NCBI GenBank assembly: GCA_963842885.1
Contig: CAWJIE010000004.1
Span: forward strand, 288,001 to 352,000
DNA: 64,000 bases
Source: an uncultured Nitrososphaerota archaeon
Lineage (GTDB): Archaea; Thermoproteota; Nitrososphaeria; Conexivisphaerales; DTJL01
Reading direction: 5' to 3'
In this document: positions 10,914 to 21,107 of the stretch, in pieces
Position numbering within the stretch: the stretch's first letter is position 1
Layout of the letters: each line of letters opens with the position of its first letter
Notes under the pieces: model-generated
What the model saw: only the letters and a program-made list of their open reading frames with translations
What the model was told of the DNA's origin: nothing
Databases searched by the model: none
Position numbers and translations under genes: made by a program

Positions 10914-12237
10914 GAAGATTAGAGAAGGCCTGCAGTCGGCGATAAAGCGGCTATTTGACGCCGACGTGGTAGACGAAGCAACCATCAAGGAGTTCGTCAA
11001 GGACATCCAAAGGGCGCTGATACAGGCTGATGTGAACGTCAAAGTAGTCTTTGACCTTAGCAAGAGGGTCGAAGAACGCCTTCTAGCCGAGAAGACCAAA
11101 CCGGGCGTTTCGTTGAAGGAACAGGCTCTCTCAATCCTGTACGACGAGTTAACCAAGATTATGGGGACGGAGACGAAGCTCAACCCGCCGTCCACCGAAC
11201 CCTTTACCATACTCTTGGTGGGAATCCAAGGGTCCGGCAAGACGACGGCTGCGGGCAAATTGGCTAGGTATTTTACGAGGAGGGGGTTCAGGGTGGGGTT
11301 GGTCTGTGCGGACACTTTCCGCGCGGGAGCATACGATCAGTTGAAGACTTTGGGTGAAAGAACGCAGACTGAAGTGTTCTGGGAGGAGAAACGAGAGCCT
11401 GAGGCCATCGCTGTCGACGGAAAGAAGCACTTCATCGAGGAAGGACAACGGCTCATTGTGGTAGATACGGCGGGCAGGCATAAGGAAGAGAAGTCACTCC
11501 TGGAAGAGATGAAGAGGATTGAGAACAGCCTCAGGCCCAACATCGCCCTTCTAGTCATCGACGGAACCATCGGCCAGCAGGCCTACGCCCAGGCGGCGGC
11601 GTTCAACTCCACCACCAAGGTAGGCGGAATCATAGTCACGAAACTTGATGGTACTGCGAAGGGAGGCGGCGCCTTGGCTGCTGCGGCTGCTACTGGAGCG
11701 AAGATAGTCTTCGTCTCTGCAGGAGAGCGTGTAGACGACTTGGAAGAGTTCTCTCCAAGCAGGTTCGCCGGCAGGATGCTGGGGATGGGAGACCTCCACG
11801 GTCTCCTGGAGAAGGTCAAGATGGCTGGCACGGAAGTGGACGAGGCTACCGCGAAGAGAATCACTTCTGGCAAGATGACGTTAGAGGACTTCTACGCCCA
11901 GATGGAGCAGCTGAACAAGCTGGGCCCGTTGCAGAAAATCATGGAGATGATGCCAGGCCTGCCCAAGCTGGAAGATGGGGCGGCGGAAGAAATGGAGCTG
12001 AAATTCAAGAAGTGGAAGGCCATAATTCGTGGGATGACTCCGCTGGAACGTAAGGACCCAGACCTCATCAACTCTTCAAGAATCAAGAGGATATCTCGTG
12101 GGTCGGGCGTATCGGAGAAAGACGTGAAAGACATGATGACTGCGTTTGAGCAGGGGAAGAAACTGATGAAGAACGCCAAGAGCATGCGAATGAACAAACA
12201 GCTTTTGAAGCAACTCAAGGGGAGCGGCCTAGTCTAG
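10906..12237 (+). CDS. srp54: Signal recognition particle protein SRP54
   Basis: GIQGSGKTT, DTAGRH, TKLDGTAKGGGAL and a Met-rich M domain. Confidence 0.97.
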   Translation: MFEKIREGLQSAIKRLFDADVVDEATIKEFVKDIQRALIQADVNVKVVFDLSKRVEERLLAEKTKPGVSLKEQALSILYDELTKIMGTETKLNPPSTEPFTILLVGIQGSGKTTAAGKLARYFTRRGFRVGLVCADTFRAGAYDQLKTLGERTQTEVFWEEKREPEAIAVDGKKHFIEEGQRLIVVDTAGRHKEEKSLLEEMKRIENSLRPNIALLVIDGTIGQQAYAQAAAFNSTTKVGGIIVTKLDGTAKGGGALAAAAATGAKIVFVSAGERVDDLEEFSPSRFAGRMLGMGDLHGLLEKVKMAGTEVDEATAKRITSGKMTLEDFYAQMEQLNKLGPLQKIMEMMPGLPKLEDGAAEEMELKFKKWKAIIRGMTPLERKDPDLINSSRIKRISRGSGVSEKDVKDMMTAFEQGKKLMKNAKSMRMNKQLLKQLKGSGLV

Positions 12238-13419
12238 ATGAAGGGCATGGCCCGACACGGCCAAGAGTGTCCTGCAGGAGATTAAGATATGTGCTTGGTG
12301 TCTGGGGAGGCAGTACTCCTCTTCGCCGACTGAGATTGAGAAGGTGGGTAGGAGGGCGGCAGACAGGCTGGGCCTCGTTCACCCAGAGATTTGTGAGCTC
12401 TGTGGAAATGCGTTCCAGCGACGAATCGAAATAGTAAACCGGGTGATCGCGGAGCTAGGGCAGATTGAGTTCTGCCACGTTTCAAGTTGGCGTTGCTCTG
12501 TCCGGCGATTCGATAGAGAAGGAGGACGAGATGCGTTCGAGATTAAGGCTAAGCAGCGGAATCAGCCTGAAGAAGGGCCTGACAACCATGTTCAGACATG
12601 AGCTTGCCAAGCGACTTGGCAAGAAGCCGGCCTTGAGGAATCCCGACATCACCATCAGAATAGGCTTGCCTGAAGAGTCAATCCAGCTTGAAAGCAAACC
12701 GGTTACCGCATATGTGGAGTACCTGAAGCTTGACCAGAGGCATTCCTGTAAGGGCGGTGCCTTGCACTGATTGCGGCGGCCAAGGATGTCCGTCGTGTGA
12801 AGGGACGGGTATTGGAAAGCTGGACGAGAGCATAGAGGCCGGGCTGACTCGTGCCTTCCTGGATGCCTTCGAGGGGAGGAGAATCAAGATCAGCTGGTCG
12901 GGAATAGAAGAAGAATCCTCTCTCTTGTTGGGGGGTGGAAGACCTACGTATGTTGAAGTCGTTGCGCCGGCGAAAAGGCTGTCGGGCTTGATGAGACTGA
13001 ACATGAAACCTACGAGGGACATGCAGCTGACAAGGGCCGAGCTCGCTCCCTTGAATCGAGAGAGGATAGAGGCCTTGGTGAAGGAAGTCGTCGTCACGGC
13101 GGATTTCGAGAGTGAGCTTGTGGCCTCAGATGTCCAGTTACTGGAGCAGGCATACAAGAACAGGGATTTGGTTGTTGTGGGCGATGGTAGAGGGAGAAGG
13201 AAGAGGGTCTACACACTGGAAGTGTCCCCCTCGGGAAGGAGAACTAGGATGCGTTTTGTGTTGGACAACGGAGTGAACCTCAAGCAACTCCTAGCCTTGA
13301 AAGCGGACTCTGGTGGAGGTCAGGAGATGGCGCAGCCGAGCTTCGCTGACCTGTTGCCGAGCAACAGGATTCTTGCGATTGAGAGCGATGTCGTGGGATT
13401 TAGAAGGGCCGATTACTGA
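12238..13419 (+). CDS. Pus10-like tRNA pseudouridine synthase, divergent and frameshifted
   Basis: Position between srp54 and rpl21e; CELCG, Y.KL.RGIP and GRPTYVEV spread over three ORFs. Confidence 0.7.
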
Positions 13420-13480
13420 GGAAAAACATTAATTATGGGGGAATGAAGGCTTGCTGTAAGCAAGCAATCGTGAGAACATA

Positions 13481-13759
13481 TTGCCTCATCACAAAGGATT
13501 CAGGCGCAAAACCAGAAGTCTGTTAACCTCGAAGGGTAAGCCAGGGCTGTCCAGGCTTATGATCGAGTATAGCGTAGGTCAGAAGGTCGCCATAGACATC
13601 GAGCCGAGCCAAGAGAAAGGCATGCCCCACCGAAGGTTCCAGGGCTTGGTAGGCATCATTCAAGAGGTCAGACCGCGAGCAGTCGTAGTCGACGTGCCCG
13701 TGGGAGACAAGACCAAAAGGATAATAGCTCGTTTCGAGCACATAAAACCGCTTAAGTGA
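13481..13759 (+). CDS. rpl21e: 50S ribosomal protein L21e
   Basis: GFRRKTR, KGMPHRRFQG and EHIKP motifs. Confidence 0.96.
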   Translation: MPHHKGFRRKTRSLLTSKGKPGLSRLMIEYSVGQKVAIDIEPSQEKGMPHRRFQGLVGIIQEVRPRAVVVDVPVGDKTKRIIARFEHIKPLK

Positions 13760-14109
13760 TTGGAGTTTTGGTCGGAGAATTAGAACGCAAGCCTCTCACA
13801 ATCCATGAGGCCAAGAAACTACTGGAGAAGGTGGACCCAGAGAAGGCAGACCAAATCCAGAAGAGGACCCTAGACTATGTAACGAAGTTTTCCAATGTCG
13901 ACGGCGATGACGCCAGAGCGATGGTCAAGGAACTGATTAAGGAAACGGGTTTGACCGAGCAAGAAGCTGTAGAGGTTGTGAACATAATGCCCAAGACTCG
14001 TGAGGAGCTCCGAACGTTTACCGTAGGATGGAGGAAATTGACCCCCACTGAGGTGTTGGACAAAATCCTCGTCATTTTGAATTCGAGAAGGCCCAAGTCC
14101 TCATCTTAA
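13756..14109 (+). CDS. rpoF: RNA polymerase subunit Rpo4 (RpoF)
   Basis: QKRTLDYVTKFS and VNIMPKTREELR; conserved position after rpl21e. Confidence 0.9.
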   Translation: MIGVLVGELERKPLTIHEAKKLLEKVDPEKADQIQKRTLDYVTKFSNVDGDDARAMVKELIKETGLTEQEAVEVVNIMPKTREELRTFTVGWRKLTPTEVLDKILVILNSRRPKSSS

Positions 14110-14246
14110 TCTTTAAATCTTAGTTCGGATGTTTTGTTAGTGCCTTACGAAGTGGAGCCCATTGACAACTCATAAGGTCAAGAATTCGAGTTCCTGCCCA
14201 GGCTTCCACATAGCGTTCTAGAACGAGAGATGGGTAGGTCACCAAG

Positions 14247-14810
14247 ATGAGCTTCCAACCTCAAATCAAGAAGTATGAAGAGTTCTCTTACGTGCTCGAT
14301 TTCATGCCTAGGGCCCGCTCCAAGATAGTCCACAATAGAGAAGGCTTCATCGTTCAGGCCCTGGGTGAAGAGTACCTTACGCTCCTAGAGTTGCTGGCTT
14401 TCAACAACGCCCAGTTCACCCAAGACGAAAGGGTGTACATTGGGAGGGACCATCGTGACAAGGTCATCAGTGTCCTCGGCAAGCTCAACTATGAAGACCT
14501 TACTCAAGGCGCGAAGAACGAGCTCCCCCCAGTCCTCGAAACGCTGGTCAAGAATGGAGAGCAGAAGTACGTTAGTTACTTCAACAATCTGCAGCCGATT
14601 ACACCTAGGCTTCATGCCTTAGAGCTAATCCCAGGAATCGGCAAGACCCTGACCGTAGAGATACTTGACGCCAGGGAACGGAAGCCATTCGAGTCTTTTG
14701 CCGACGTTCAGGCAAGAGTGGGGTTGAAGGAGCCGGCAAAACAGATCGCCAAGAGGGTATTCGAAGAGCTAACGGGCCAGGCGCGCCTTAACATATTCAT
14801 CAGGAAATAG
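14247..14810 (+). CDS. DUF655 family nucleic acid-binding protein
   Basis: YVLDF, TLLEL and RLHALELIPGIGK (HhH); conserved position after rpoF. Confidence 0.9.
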   Translation: MSFQPQIKKYEEFSYVLDFMPRARSKIVHNREGFIVQALGEEYLTLLELLAFNNAQFTQDERVYIGRDHRDKVISVLGKLNYEDLTQGAKNELPPVLETLVKNGEQKYVSYFNNLQPITPRLHALELIPGIGKTLTVEILDARERKPFESFADVQARVGLKEPAKQIAKRVFEELTGQARLNIFIRK

Positions 14811-14813
14811 GTC

Positions 14814-16115
14814 ATGAGATCGGTCAGGCTTGGTCAGCACTTCCTGAAAAACAAAGAAACCATGCATAGGTTGGTCGGCTGCATTCCTCCTCCTCCGAAG
14901 AAGGTGTTGGAGATAGGGACGGGAGACGGCAGGCTTACCGAACAACTGGTAGAGGCAGGTTACGAAGTGACAAGCTATGAGATAGATGGTCGCCTGTATA
15001 GTGAAGCGCGGAGACGGTTGGGAGACGGTGGGAACCTACGGCTCCTCCTCGGCGACGGGTTCGAGGACAAGAGTGAGTATGATGTCCTGGTCTCGAGCTT
15101 GCCTTACTACGCTTCGCGGAGGTTTGTGGAGTGGTTCTCCGCAGTTTCTACGCCTCTAGGCATCATAATGCTGCAGAAAGACTTCGTCGACAAAATCATC
15201 TCCGAACCTGGCGGGCGCAAGTACGGTGCCTATTCCGTGCTGACTTCGTATTGTTTTGCAAGCACGGAGCTGTTCGTCGTTCCACCACGCGACTTCGAAC
15301 CGATGCCTCGAGTCTACTCTTCCGCTTTGCAGATGCAGAGGCTGAGGAGCCTTTCGGAAGCCAGGCTCACAGCTCTGAGACTTAAGGCGCTGTTCAGCTA
15401 TAGAGGCAGGCTGGTGGCCTCTTTCGTGAGAGACATGAAGAAGAGACGGCTTTGGAACGACTCTGTAGACGTTGGGGGAGATTTGTTGCACCGAAGAGTG
15501 GAAGACCTTTCGCCCTTAGAAGCCATGTTCGATGATTGGCGGTACGATGAAGACTTGAGCGATGCGTACGAGCCCAGCGACGATAGCCTCTTCCTTTCCA
15601 ACGTGATAGCAGGAGTCCTTGCCGATAGGGTGGCTGAAGTCGGGGTAGGGTCTGGCTTCGTAATCGATGGATATGTTCAGGCGAATACGCCTGAGGTAGC
15701 CGTAGGCACGGATGTGGACATCGAAGCCATCAAAGTGGCGCGGGGGAGGGGCGGCCACGACTCGATCGAATACGTCCTCTGCCGCTCTTGCGACGCTTTC
15801 AGAAAAGATGCCTTCCAGTTGATCTTCTTCAACCCCCCCTATCTGAAGGATGAAGGAACTGGCGATGCGGCGACGTCAGGAGGCAAGGGAGGCGTTGAGA
15901 GAACATATGAGATGGCTTGCAGTTCGTTTGGGGCTCTGGCCACCCGAGGATCTATGATATTCTTGGCTTCCAACCTATCCGACGTTGAATCTCTGTTGTA
16001 CCAACTGCATGAAGAGAGAATGAGGCCAAGGAAGTTGGCATCGTCGAAGCTCTTCTTCGAGGAGCTCTACGCTTTCAAAGTAACAAAGGAGGGCCTCAAT
16101 CGAAAATCTCGATGA
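14814..16115 (+). CDS. ksgA: KsgA/Dim1 rRNA dimethyltransferase followed in frame by a HemK2-type methyltransferase (probably two genes merged by an indel)
   Basis: LGQHFL, EIGTGDG and SSLPYY in the first half; YEPSDDS, EVGVGSG and FNPPY in the second half. Confidence 0.8.
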   Translation: MRSVRLGQHFLKNKETMHRLVGCIPPPPKKVLEIGTGDGRLTEQLVEAGYEVTSYEIDGRLYSEARRRLGDGGNLRLLLGDGFEDKSEYDVLVSSLPYYASRRFVEWFSAVSTPLGIIMLQKDFVDKIISEPGGRKYGAYSVLTSYCFASTELFVVPPRDFEPMPRVYSSALQMQRLRSLSEARLTALRLKALFSYRGRLVASFVRDMKKRRLWNDSVDVGGDLLHRRVEDLSPLEAMFDDWRYDEDLSDAYEPSDDSLFLSNVIAGVLADRVAEVGVGSGFVIDGYVQANTPEVAVGTDVDIEAIKVARGRGGHDSIEYVLCRSCDAFRKDAFQLIFFNPPYLKDEGTGDAATSGGKGGVERTYEMACSSFGALATRGSMIFLASNLSDVESLLYQLHEERMRPRKLASSKLFFEELYAFKVTKEGLNRKSR

Positions 16116-17190
16116 CGTCGCCGTTAACAACCTTGTAGTCCTTGCCGACCCTGATGGGGGGCTTGCCGTAGCCTCGCCAGACCTTGGCGTATTTGAAATT
16201 GCGCCAGAGATCCTTATGGATATCCTTGGCAACATCGATGACTCTGCAATTACGTTTGATGAGAAGGGGACGCTGCGCTATGGTTCCACTTGACGACCTG
16301 GTGTTGATACGAATCAACTCCATGTTGGCGAGCATCATGTCGACGAATTTCGAAGGAGATGCGAACACGTTGTCGAAGTCGAATGATGCGGCCCCTACTC
16401 CTTCGATTGGGGCCAACCCCGGCGGCGTCAGGAAGGCGCACCTCTTGAAAGCCCTACCGAAGATGACCGCCTCAACGTCGTCCAAGGTTGCGTCTGGCGA
16501 TATCTTGACGATGCAGTTCAGTATGTTATAGCCCTGAAGGAATGAAATGACCTCTTCTTCGCTGAATGTGTCTGACCTGCCGACCAACCTGATTCCGCCT
16601 GTGGGCATGTTCTTCAGTTCCACGGCTGCCTGTTTCGGCGAGACTTCCAGATTGTGTTCGAGAGTCCATCGACTGAATTCACTCCAGTAGTCGGCCCATG
16701 ACCTGGATGGAAGGTTGATTAGGAGCAAATCGGAGGTCCTGATAAGGTAGAGTATCCTCTCCTGCACCTGCCTGCCGATCCCTCGGTCATAGGGAGTCAG
16801 CATGACCTGAAGGGTGAGACCGCCAAGATGATAGGCGCCTACGACCGGGCCCTGGTGGACCTCGAACAGGGAGGCCGTCAATCCGGTGAGCCCCTTGAAG
16901 AGGGGTGCGGCGGACTCGAACGGTCCGCTGAGAGCCACCTGGGGGAAGATGCCCTTCTCCACTTGCCATTCCACGCGGGTGCTGCCAGTCTTCTTGGACT
17001 TTGCTGACAGGATCTCATCATCAAGGTTCGATATCTGCTTCTTGATGGAGACCTCTAACCTCTCGGTCGACTTGTGATGAGGCATCAATGAATAGAACTC
17101 CCGAAGCAACTTCACTTTCTGCTTGGGGTCTTTGGCAGCTCGAGCTTGAGCCCAACGGGCTCTGGCCTCCGCTGTGATGTTAGTGGGCAA
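16096..17190 (-). CDS. DRG/OBG-like TGS-domain protein with a degenerate GTPase domain
   Basis: MPTNITAEA...PHHK N-terminus and TGS C-terminus (IHKDL, FKYAKVW, GDVIEI); no P-loop. Confidence 0.8.
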   Translation of the reverse strand: MPTNITAEARARWAQARAAKDPKQKVKLLREFYSLMPHHKSTERLEVSIKKQISNLDDEILSAKSKKTGSTRVEWQVEKGIFPQVALSGPFESAAPLFKGLTGLTASLFEVHQGPVVGAYHLGGLTLQVMLTPYDRGIGRQVQERILYLIRTSDLLLINLPSRSWADYWSEFSRWTLEHNLEVSPKQAAVELKNMPTGGIRLVGRSDTFSEEEVISFLQGYNILNCIVKISPDATLDDVEAVIFGRAFKRCAFLTPPGLAPIEGVGAASFDFDNVFASPSKFVDMMLANMELIRINTRSSSGTIAQRPLLIKRNCRVIDVAKDIHKDLWRNFKYAKVWRGYGKPPIRVGKDYKVVNGDVIEIFD

Positions 17191-17251
17191 TTATCGACTT
17201 AGTTGAACCAATGGTTAAATCCCCGTTTTTAATGTTCCTCTCGGAAACGAT

Positions 17252-17950
17252 ATGCGCCTGGAGCATCTTGGCGTGGCCATGGTTGAACCCCGGTTCGGTC
17301 TGAACATAGGATATGTTGCTAGGACCATGAAGAACTTCGGCGTGAGTCGTCTGTTCATTGTGGGAAGAGATGATGTGCCTCGCTCAGCCTTTCGTTTCTC
17401 CTCGCATGGAGCTGACGTTGTGAGAGGCGCTGAATATGTAAGCCTGAGCGAGCTGAGAGAGCGATTCGACCTTCTCGTAGGTACCACCGCCATAACCGGA
17501 GAGAGCGGCCGGAATCCTGTGAGGAAAACCGTCACTCTCGATTGGATGGCCAGCTTGGGAGTCGATCCCGCTAGGGTGGTCGTAGTCCTGGGGAGAGACA
17601 CCACGGGGCTGACTACTGCTGAGCTGGGCGCCTGCGACATGGTCTTGCATGTGCCCACCGGAACCTCCTATCCGACGTTGAACATCTCGCACGCGTTGGC
17701 CATAATACTGTACAGACTGGGCTCAGAGGAACCGAAGGGACTCCACCGAGTCAGTCGGGTCTATATGGATGAATTGCTAGAGAACTTCTCGAAGATGCTA
17801 CGCCTGGGGAGGTACCCGGAGCATAAGAGACTAATGGCTGTCAAGATATTCAACCAAGCAGTAATCAAATCGAATGCCGAGCAAGAAGAAATACTGACGT
17901 TAATGGGTGTGTTTCGAAAGGTGAACTTGGCTCTGGAGAGACGTTTCTAA
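17252..17950 (+). CDS. TrmJ/TrmH SPOUT RNA methyltransferase
   Basis: NIGYVARTMKNFG, LGRDTTGL and YPTLNISHA motifs. Confidence 0.9.
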   Translation: MRLEHLGVAMVEPRFGLNIGYVARTMKNFGVSRLFIVGRDDVPRSAFRFSSHGADVVRGAEYVSLSELRERFDLLVGTTAITGESGRNPVRKTVTLDWMASLGVDPARVVVVLGRDTTGLTTAELGACDMVLHVPTGTSYPTLNISHALAIILYRLGSEEPKGLHRVSRVYMDELLENFSKMLRLGRYPEHKRLMAVKIFNQAVIKSNAEQEEILTLMGVFRKVNLALERRF

Positions 17951-17989
17951 GAACCAATATACTTTTAAAGCGGCCTTAAACCTACGGAG

Positions 17990-18511
17990 TTGATTAGGTT
18001 GAAGGGACGCAACTATAGAGCGATCAAGGGACGGCCTTACACTAGGGTCGAATATATCAAAGGCCATCCCCAACTCAAGATTGCCAAGTTCACCATCGGC
18101 AATCCCAGCGGGAAGTATGATTATGTATTCAAGCTAATCTCGTGTGAGAGGGCTCAGGTAAGGCATAACGCTCTCGAGGCGGCGCGGGTGTCCGTCAACA
18201 AGCTTGCGACGGCCCTAGGAGAGGGTAACTACTATCTCTCCGTCAAAGCTTTCCCACATTGTATCCTGCGTGAGAACAAAGTGGTTGCCACAGCTGGAGC
18301 GGACCGGCTGTCGGAAGGAATGAGACGGGCTTTCGGTAAGCCGGTGGGTTTGGCTGCCAGGGTGGAAGATGGTAGCGTCTTGCTCGAGCTGGGGATAAAG
18401 GGAAAGAACGTCCAGCAGGCTAAGGATGCCATCAAGGTGGCTTCCAGCAAGCTACCTGTCAAGACCCGGCTGGAGATTGTTGAATCACCAGCTGAGGCGC
18501 TTGGTGCTTGA
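17990..18511 (+). CDS. rpl10e: 50S ribosomal protein L10e (uL16)
   Basis: HNALEAAR and LRENK..AGADRLSEGMRRAFGKP motifs. Confidence 0.97.
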   Translation: MIRLKGRNYRAIKGRPYTRVEYIKGHPQLKIAKFTIGNPSGKYDYVFKLISCERAQVRHNALEAARVSVNKLATALGEGNYYLSVKAFPHCILRENKVVATAGADRLSEGMRRAFGKPVGLAARVEDGSVLLELGIKGKNVQQAKDAIKVASSKLPVKTRLEIVESPAEALGA

Positions 18512-18512
18512 C

Positions 18513-19520
18513 GTGAGCGTATCGATTAGGGAAGACCAGATATCGAAAATTATAGCCGAGCAGAAACCCAAGAAAATCGGAATCCAAGCACCTGACGGAC
18601 TTCTGAACACCATATTGGAGCTCGCTGAGATGATAGAAGAAAAGCATGGCGTGGAAACGATGATATTGTTCGACCCAAGCTATGGTACCTGTGATTTGAT
18701 GAATCTCGATGCTAGGCGTTTGGGATTGGATTTGGTTCTGAACTTGGGCCACTCTGTGGGTGTCGACAAGATCGGGAAGTACACCTATCTGGTAGATGTT
18801 GAATATAACGTCGACTTCCGGCCTGTGTTGGACTTGGCCTTGGAGCAGTTCAAGGGGAAGTTCTCTAGGATTGGCGTCATGACCATCAGTAATCACAGGT
18901 CGCAGCTGGATGCAGCAGTGAGTTATCTGAGCGACAAAGGACTGTCTGCCGTCAAAGGAGAGAGTGAGGGAATGCTCTTCGATGGTCAGGTGTTCGGCTG
19001 TAACTACTACAGCGCACGCAACATCGCGAAAGATGTCGATGCATTCTTCTTCTTGGGGCAGAGCAGGTTCCATGCCATAGGGGTTCGACTGAACACGCGT
19101 AAACCCACATTCATGCTGGACCCGTTCTTCAATCTAGTTGAAGATGTGAGCAAGGAAGCTGAGCATGTCGAAAGGAAGGCCATATTGTCAATCCTGAAGG
19201 CCAGGGAGGCCGAGAGGATTGGAGTCATCGTGAGCATTAAGGAGGGGCAGCTCTTCAGGAAGCAAGCCGAAGAAATCAGAGATAAGCTGACCAGGCTAGG
19301 CAAGAAGACCTACCTTTTCCACTTGCGCGAAGTGAATGCGCAGAGAGTGGCGGCAATACGCGGAATTGATGCGTTCGTGGAAACTGCGTGCCCGAGGGTA
19401 GCTCTGGACAACGAGGATTTCGATCGACCGATGCTTTCTTATGAACAGGCTCTGGGCTTGATAAGGTTATTAGAAGGGAAAGAGTTGGGGGATATGTTCA
19501 ACTCAGGGTTTTGGGTGTGA
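18513..19520 (+). CDS. dph2: Diphthamide biosynthesis enzyme Dph2 (start approximate)
   Basis: IQAPDGL, YGTCD, GQVFGC and TACPRV cysteine motifs. Confidence 0.92.
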   Translation: MSVSIREDQISKIIAEQKPKKIGIQAPDGLLNTILELAEMIEEKHGVETMILFDPSYGTCDLMNLDARRLGLDLVLNLGHSVGVDKIGKYTYLVDVEYNVDFRPVLDLALEQFKGKFSRIGVMTISNHRSQLDAAVSYLSDKGLSAVKGESEGMLFDGQVFGCNYYSARNIAKDVDAFFFLGQSRFHAIGVRLNTRKPTFMLDPFFNLVEDVSKEAEHVERKAILSILKAREAERIGVIVSIKEGQLFRKQAEEIRDKLTRLGKKTYLFHLREVNAQRVAAIRGIDAFVETACPRVALDNEDFDRPMLSYEQALGLIRLLEGKELGDMFNSGFWV

Positions 19521-19526
19521 AGCGAA

Positions 19527-20198
19527 TTGGTGACTACAAAGAAAGCAAGACCAGACAGAGCTGCCCCCGGAGACAAATTGTCCGTCATAGAGGAATTCAC
19601 CGGGTCTAAGGGTACCTATGAAAAGGGAGGTGAGGTGAGGTCGCTCTTCATGGGAAAGGTCGAATATGATGCGGCAAGGCGAGAGGTCAGTGTCGCTGGG
19701 AAGGGGATGAAGGGCCCTGTCCCGTCTAGAGATGACGTCGTCATGGGTGTCGTTGAAGTGCAGCAAGGTGCTGGCCTCCAAATAAGGATCTATTCCGTGA
19801 ACGACATGGAAGTGAGTAATAATCTGATGGGCATGCTACTCACGAGAACCCGATCTTCCAGCCCCAGCAAGCCTGGTGATCTCGTACGTGCTGCCGTTAC
19901 AAGTAATGCGAACGGCATGATCTTCTTAGGCTTCAGAGACACGAATCTGGGGGTTCTGAAGACTTGGTGCTCTCTCTGCGGCGGGTTGATGGAAGGCGTG
20001 AGCGGCGGGAAGGCCAAGTGCACGGTTTGCGGCAACTTGGAATACCGTAAGATGGCTGGATTCGAGGAGGAACCGCAGTTCAGAGGGGGACCGAGACGGT
20101 ATGGCGAGAGGCGTCGTGAAGAACGGGGGGAACGCCACTACGGGGGCTCTGGTAGAAGAAGCTATGGGCGCCCACGCCGGCGTTATGAAGGTCGGTAA
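19527..20198 (+). CDS. csl4: Exosome RNA-binding protein Csl4 with an Arg/Gly-rich tail
   Basis: PGDKL..IEEF, GDLVRA.V and CSLCG..CTVCG..EYRK. Confidence 0.88.
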   Translation: MVTTKKARPDRAAPGDKLSVIEEFTGSKGTYEKGGEVRSLFMGKVEYDAARREVSVAGKGMKGPVPSRDDVVMGVVEVQQGAGLQIRIYSVNDMEVSNNLMGMLLTRTRSSSPSKPGDLVRAAVTSNANGMIFLGFRDTNLGVLKTWCSLCGGLMEGVSGGKAKCTVCGNLEYRKMAGFEEEPQFRGGPRRYGERRREERGERHYGGSGRRSYGRPRRRYEGR

Positions 20199-20245
20199 AA
20201 AGGAAACACTTAAACATACATCACTTAAGACTCCTAAATGTAGGT

Positions 20246-20527
20246 ATGCAAGTAAGAATCATCAAAGAGGACTCTACCAGTCTGGAAATCGACGTTACTG
20301 GTGCGGACCAGTCGCTGCTTCAGATAGTACAGGAAGAGCTGCTTGGTGACAAGCGGGTCGCGTTCGCTGCCTACAACAAGCCCCATCCTCTTCTGAAAGA
20401 CCAGACCATGCGCATCGCCGTCAGGGAAGGAGACCCAAAGAAGGTCTTCAGTGAAGGCTGTGAGAGGGCCGTGGAAAGGACCAAGAAGACCATAGTGTTA
20501 CTCGGTAAGATAATGGAGCGGGCCTGA
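20246..20527 (+). CDS. rpoL: RNA polymerase subunit Rpo11 (RpoL)
   Basis: VAFAAYNKPHPL; lies between csl4 and tfs. Confidence 0.9.
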   Translation: MQVRIIKEDSTSLEIDVTGADQSLLQIVQEELLGDKRVAFAAYNKPHPLLKDQTMRIAVREGDPKKVFSEGCERAVERTKKTIVLLGKIMERA

Positions 20528-20549
20528 GGCCTAGAGTGAGTGTTGCGAG

Positions 20550-20894
20550 ATGCAGTTCTGTCCGAACTGCGGCATGTGGCTTAAGATAAAGCTCGTGAAG
20601 ACAGACAAAGACAGTTTTATGGCGTTGACCTGTGATAAATGTGGGTACTTCTCAAAGAGCGTTAAGGATGAGGATGTAAGGATGGAAGAAGAATCAGAGA
20701 GCTCGGCGCCGATAAAGGTGGTAGGCGATGAAGCAAGTCAGATCAGGACCATGCCGACGACGACGTTGGAATGCCCGCGTTGTCATAATAACGAAGCGGA
20801 ATGGTGGTTCGTGCAGACCAGAAGCGGCGATGAGCCGCCTACACAATTCTATAGATGCACCAAGTGCGGCTATACTTGGAGACAGTATTCCTAG
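20550..20894 (+). CDS. tfs: Transcription factor S (TFS)
   Basis: Two Zn ribbons and QTRSGDEPPTQFYRC. Confidence 0.95.
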   Translation: MQFCPNCGMWLKIKLVKTDKDSFMALTCDKCGYFSKSVKDEDVRMEEESESSAPIKVVGDEASQIRTMPTTTLECPRCHNNEAEWWFVQTRSGDEPPTQFYRCTKCGYTWRQYS

Positions 20895-21107
20895 CCTTGT
20901 TCGAGGGCAAGGTGTCTCGCGACTTCTTTGGTCCACTCGCCCGATTCTTCCAGCTTCTCAATTTTGTGTAGGTAGTTCGATCCAATCCATACTTCCGTAG
21001 GCGATAATCCACTTCTGGTAGGCCGCCAGAATGCTTATCCTAGCCGAATTCATGGTGCCTGCAGAGTCCCGAAGTTTCGACGGGTTCTTTCTCACAGACC
21101 GGGCACT

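Noticed and set aside
14814-16115. Novel KsgA-HemK fusion protein
   Set aside because: Removing one base near 15528 gives ksgA a TGA overlapping a TTG start of the second gene, the usual two-gene layout; indel errors are common in this window
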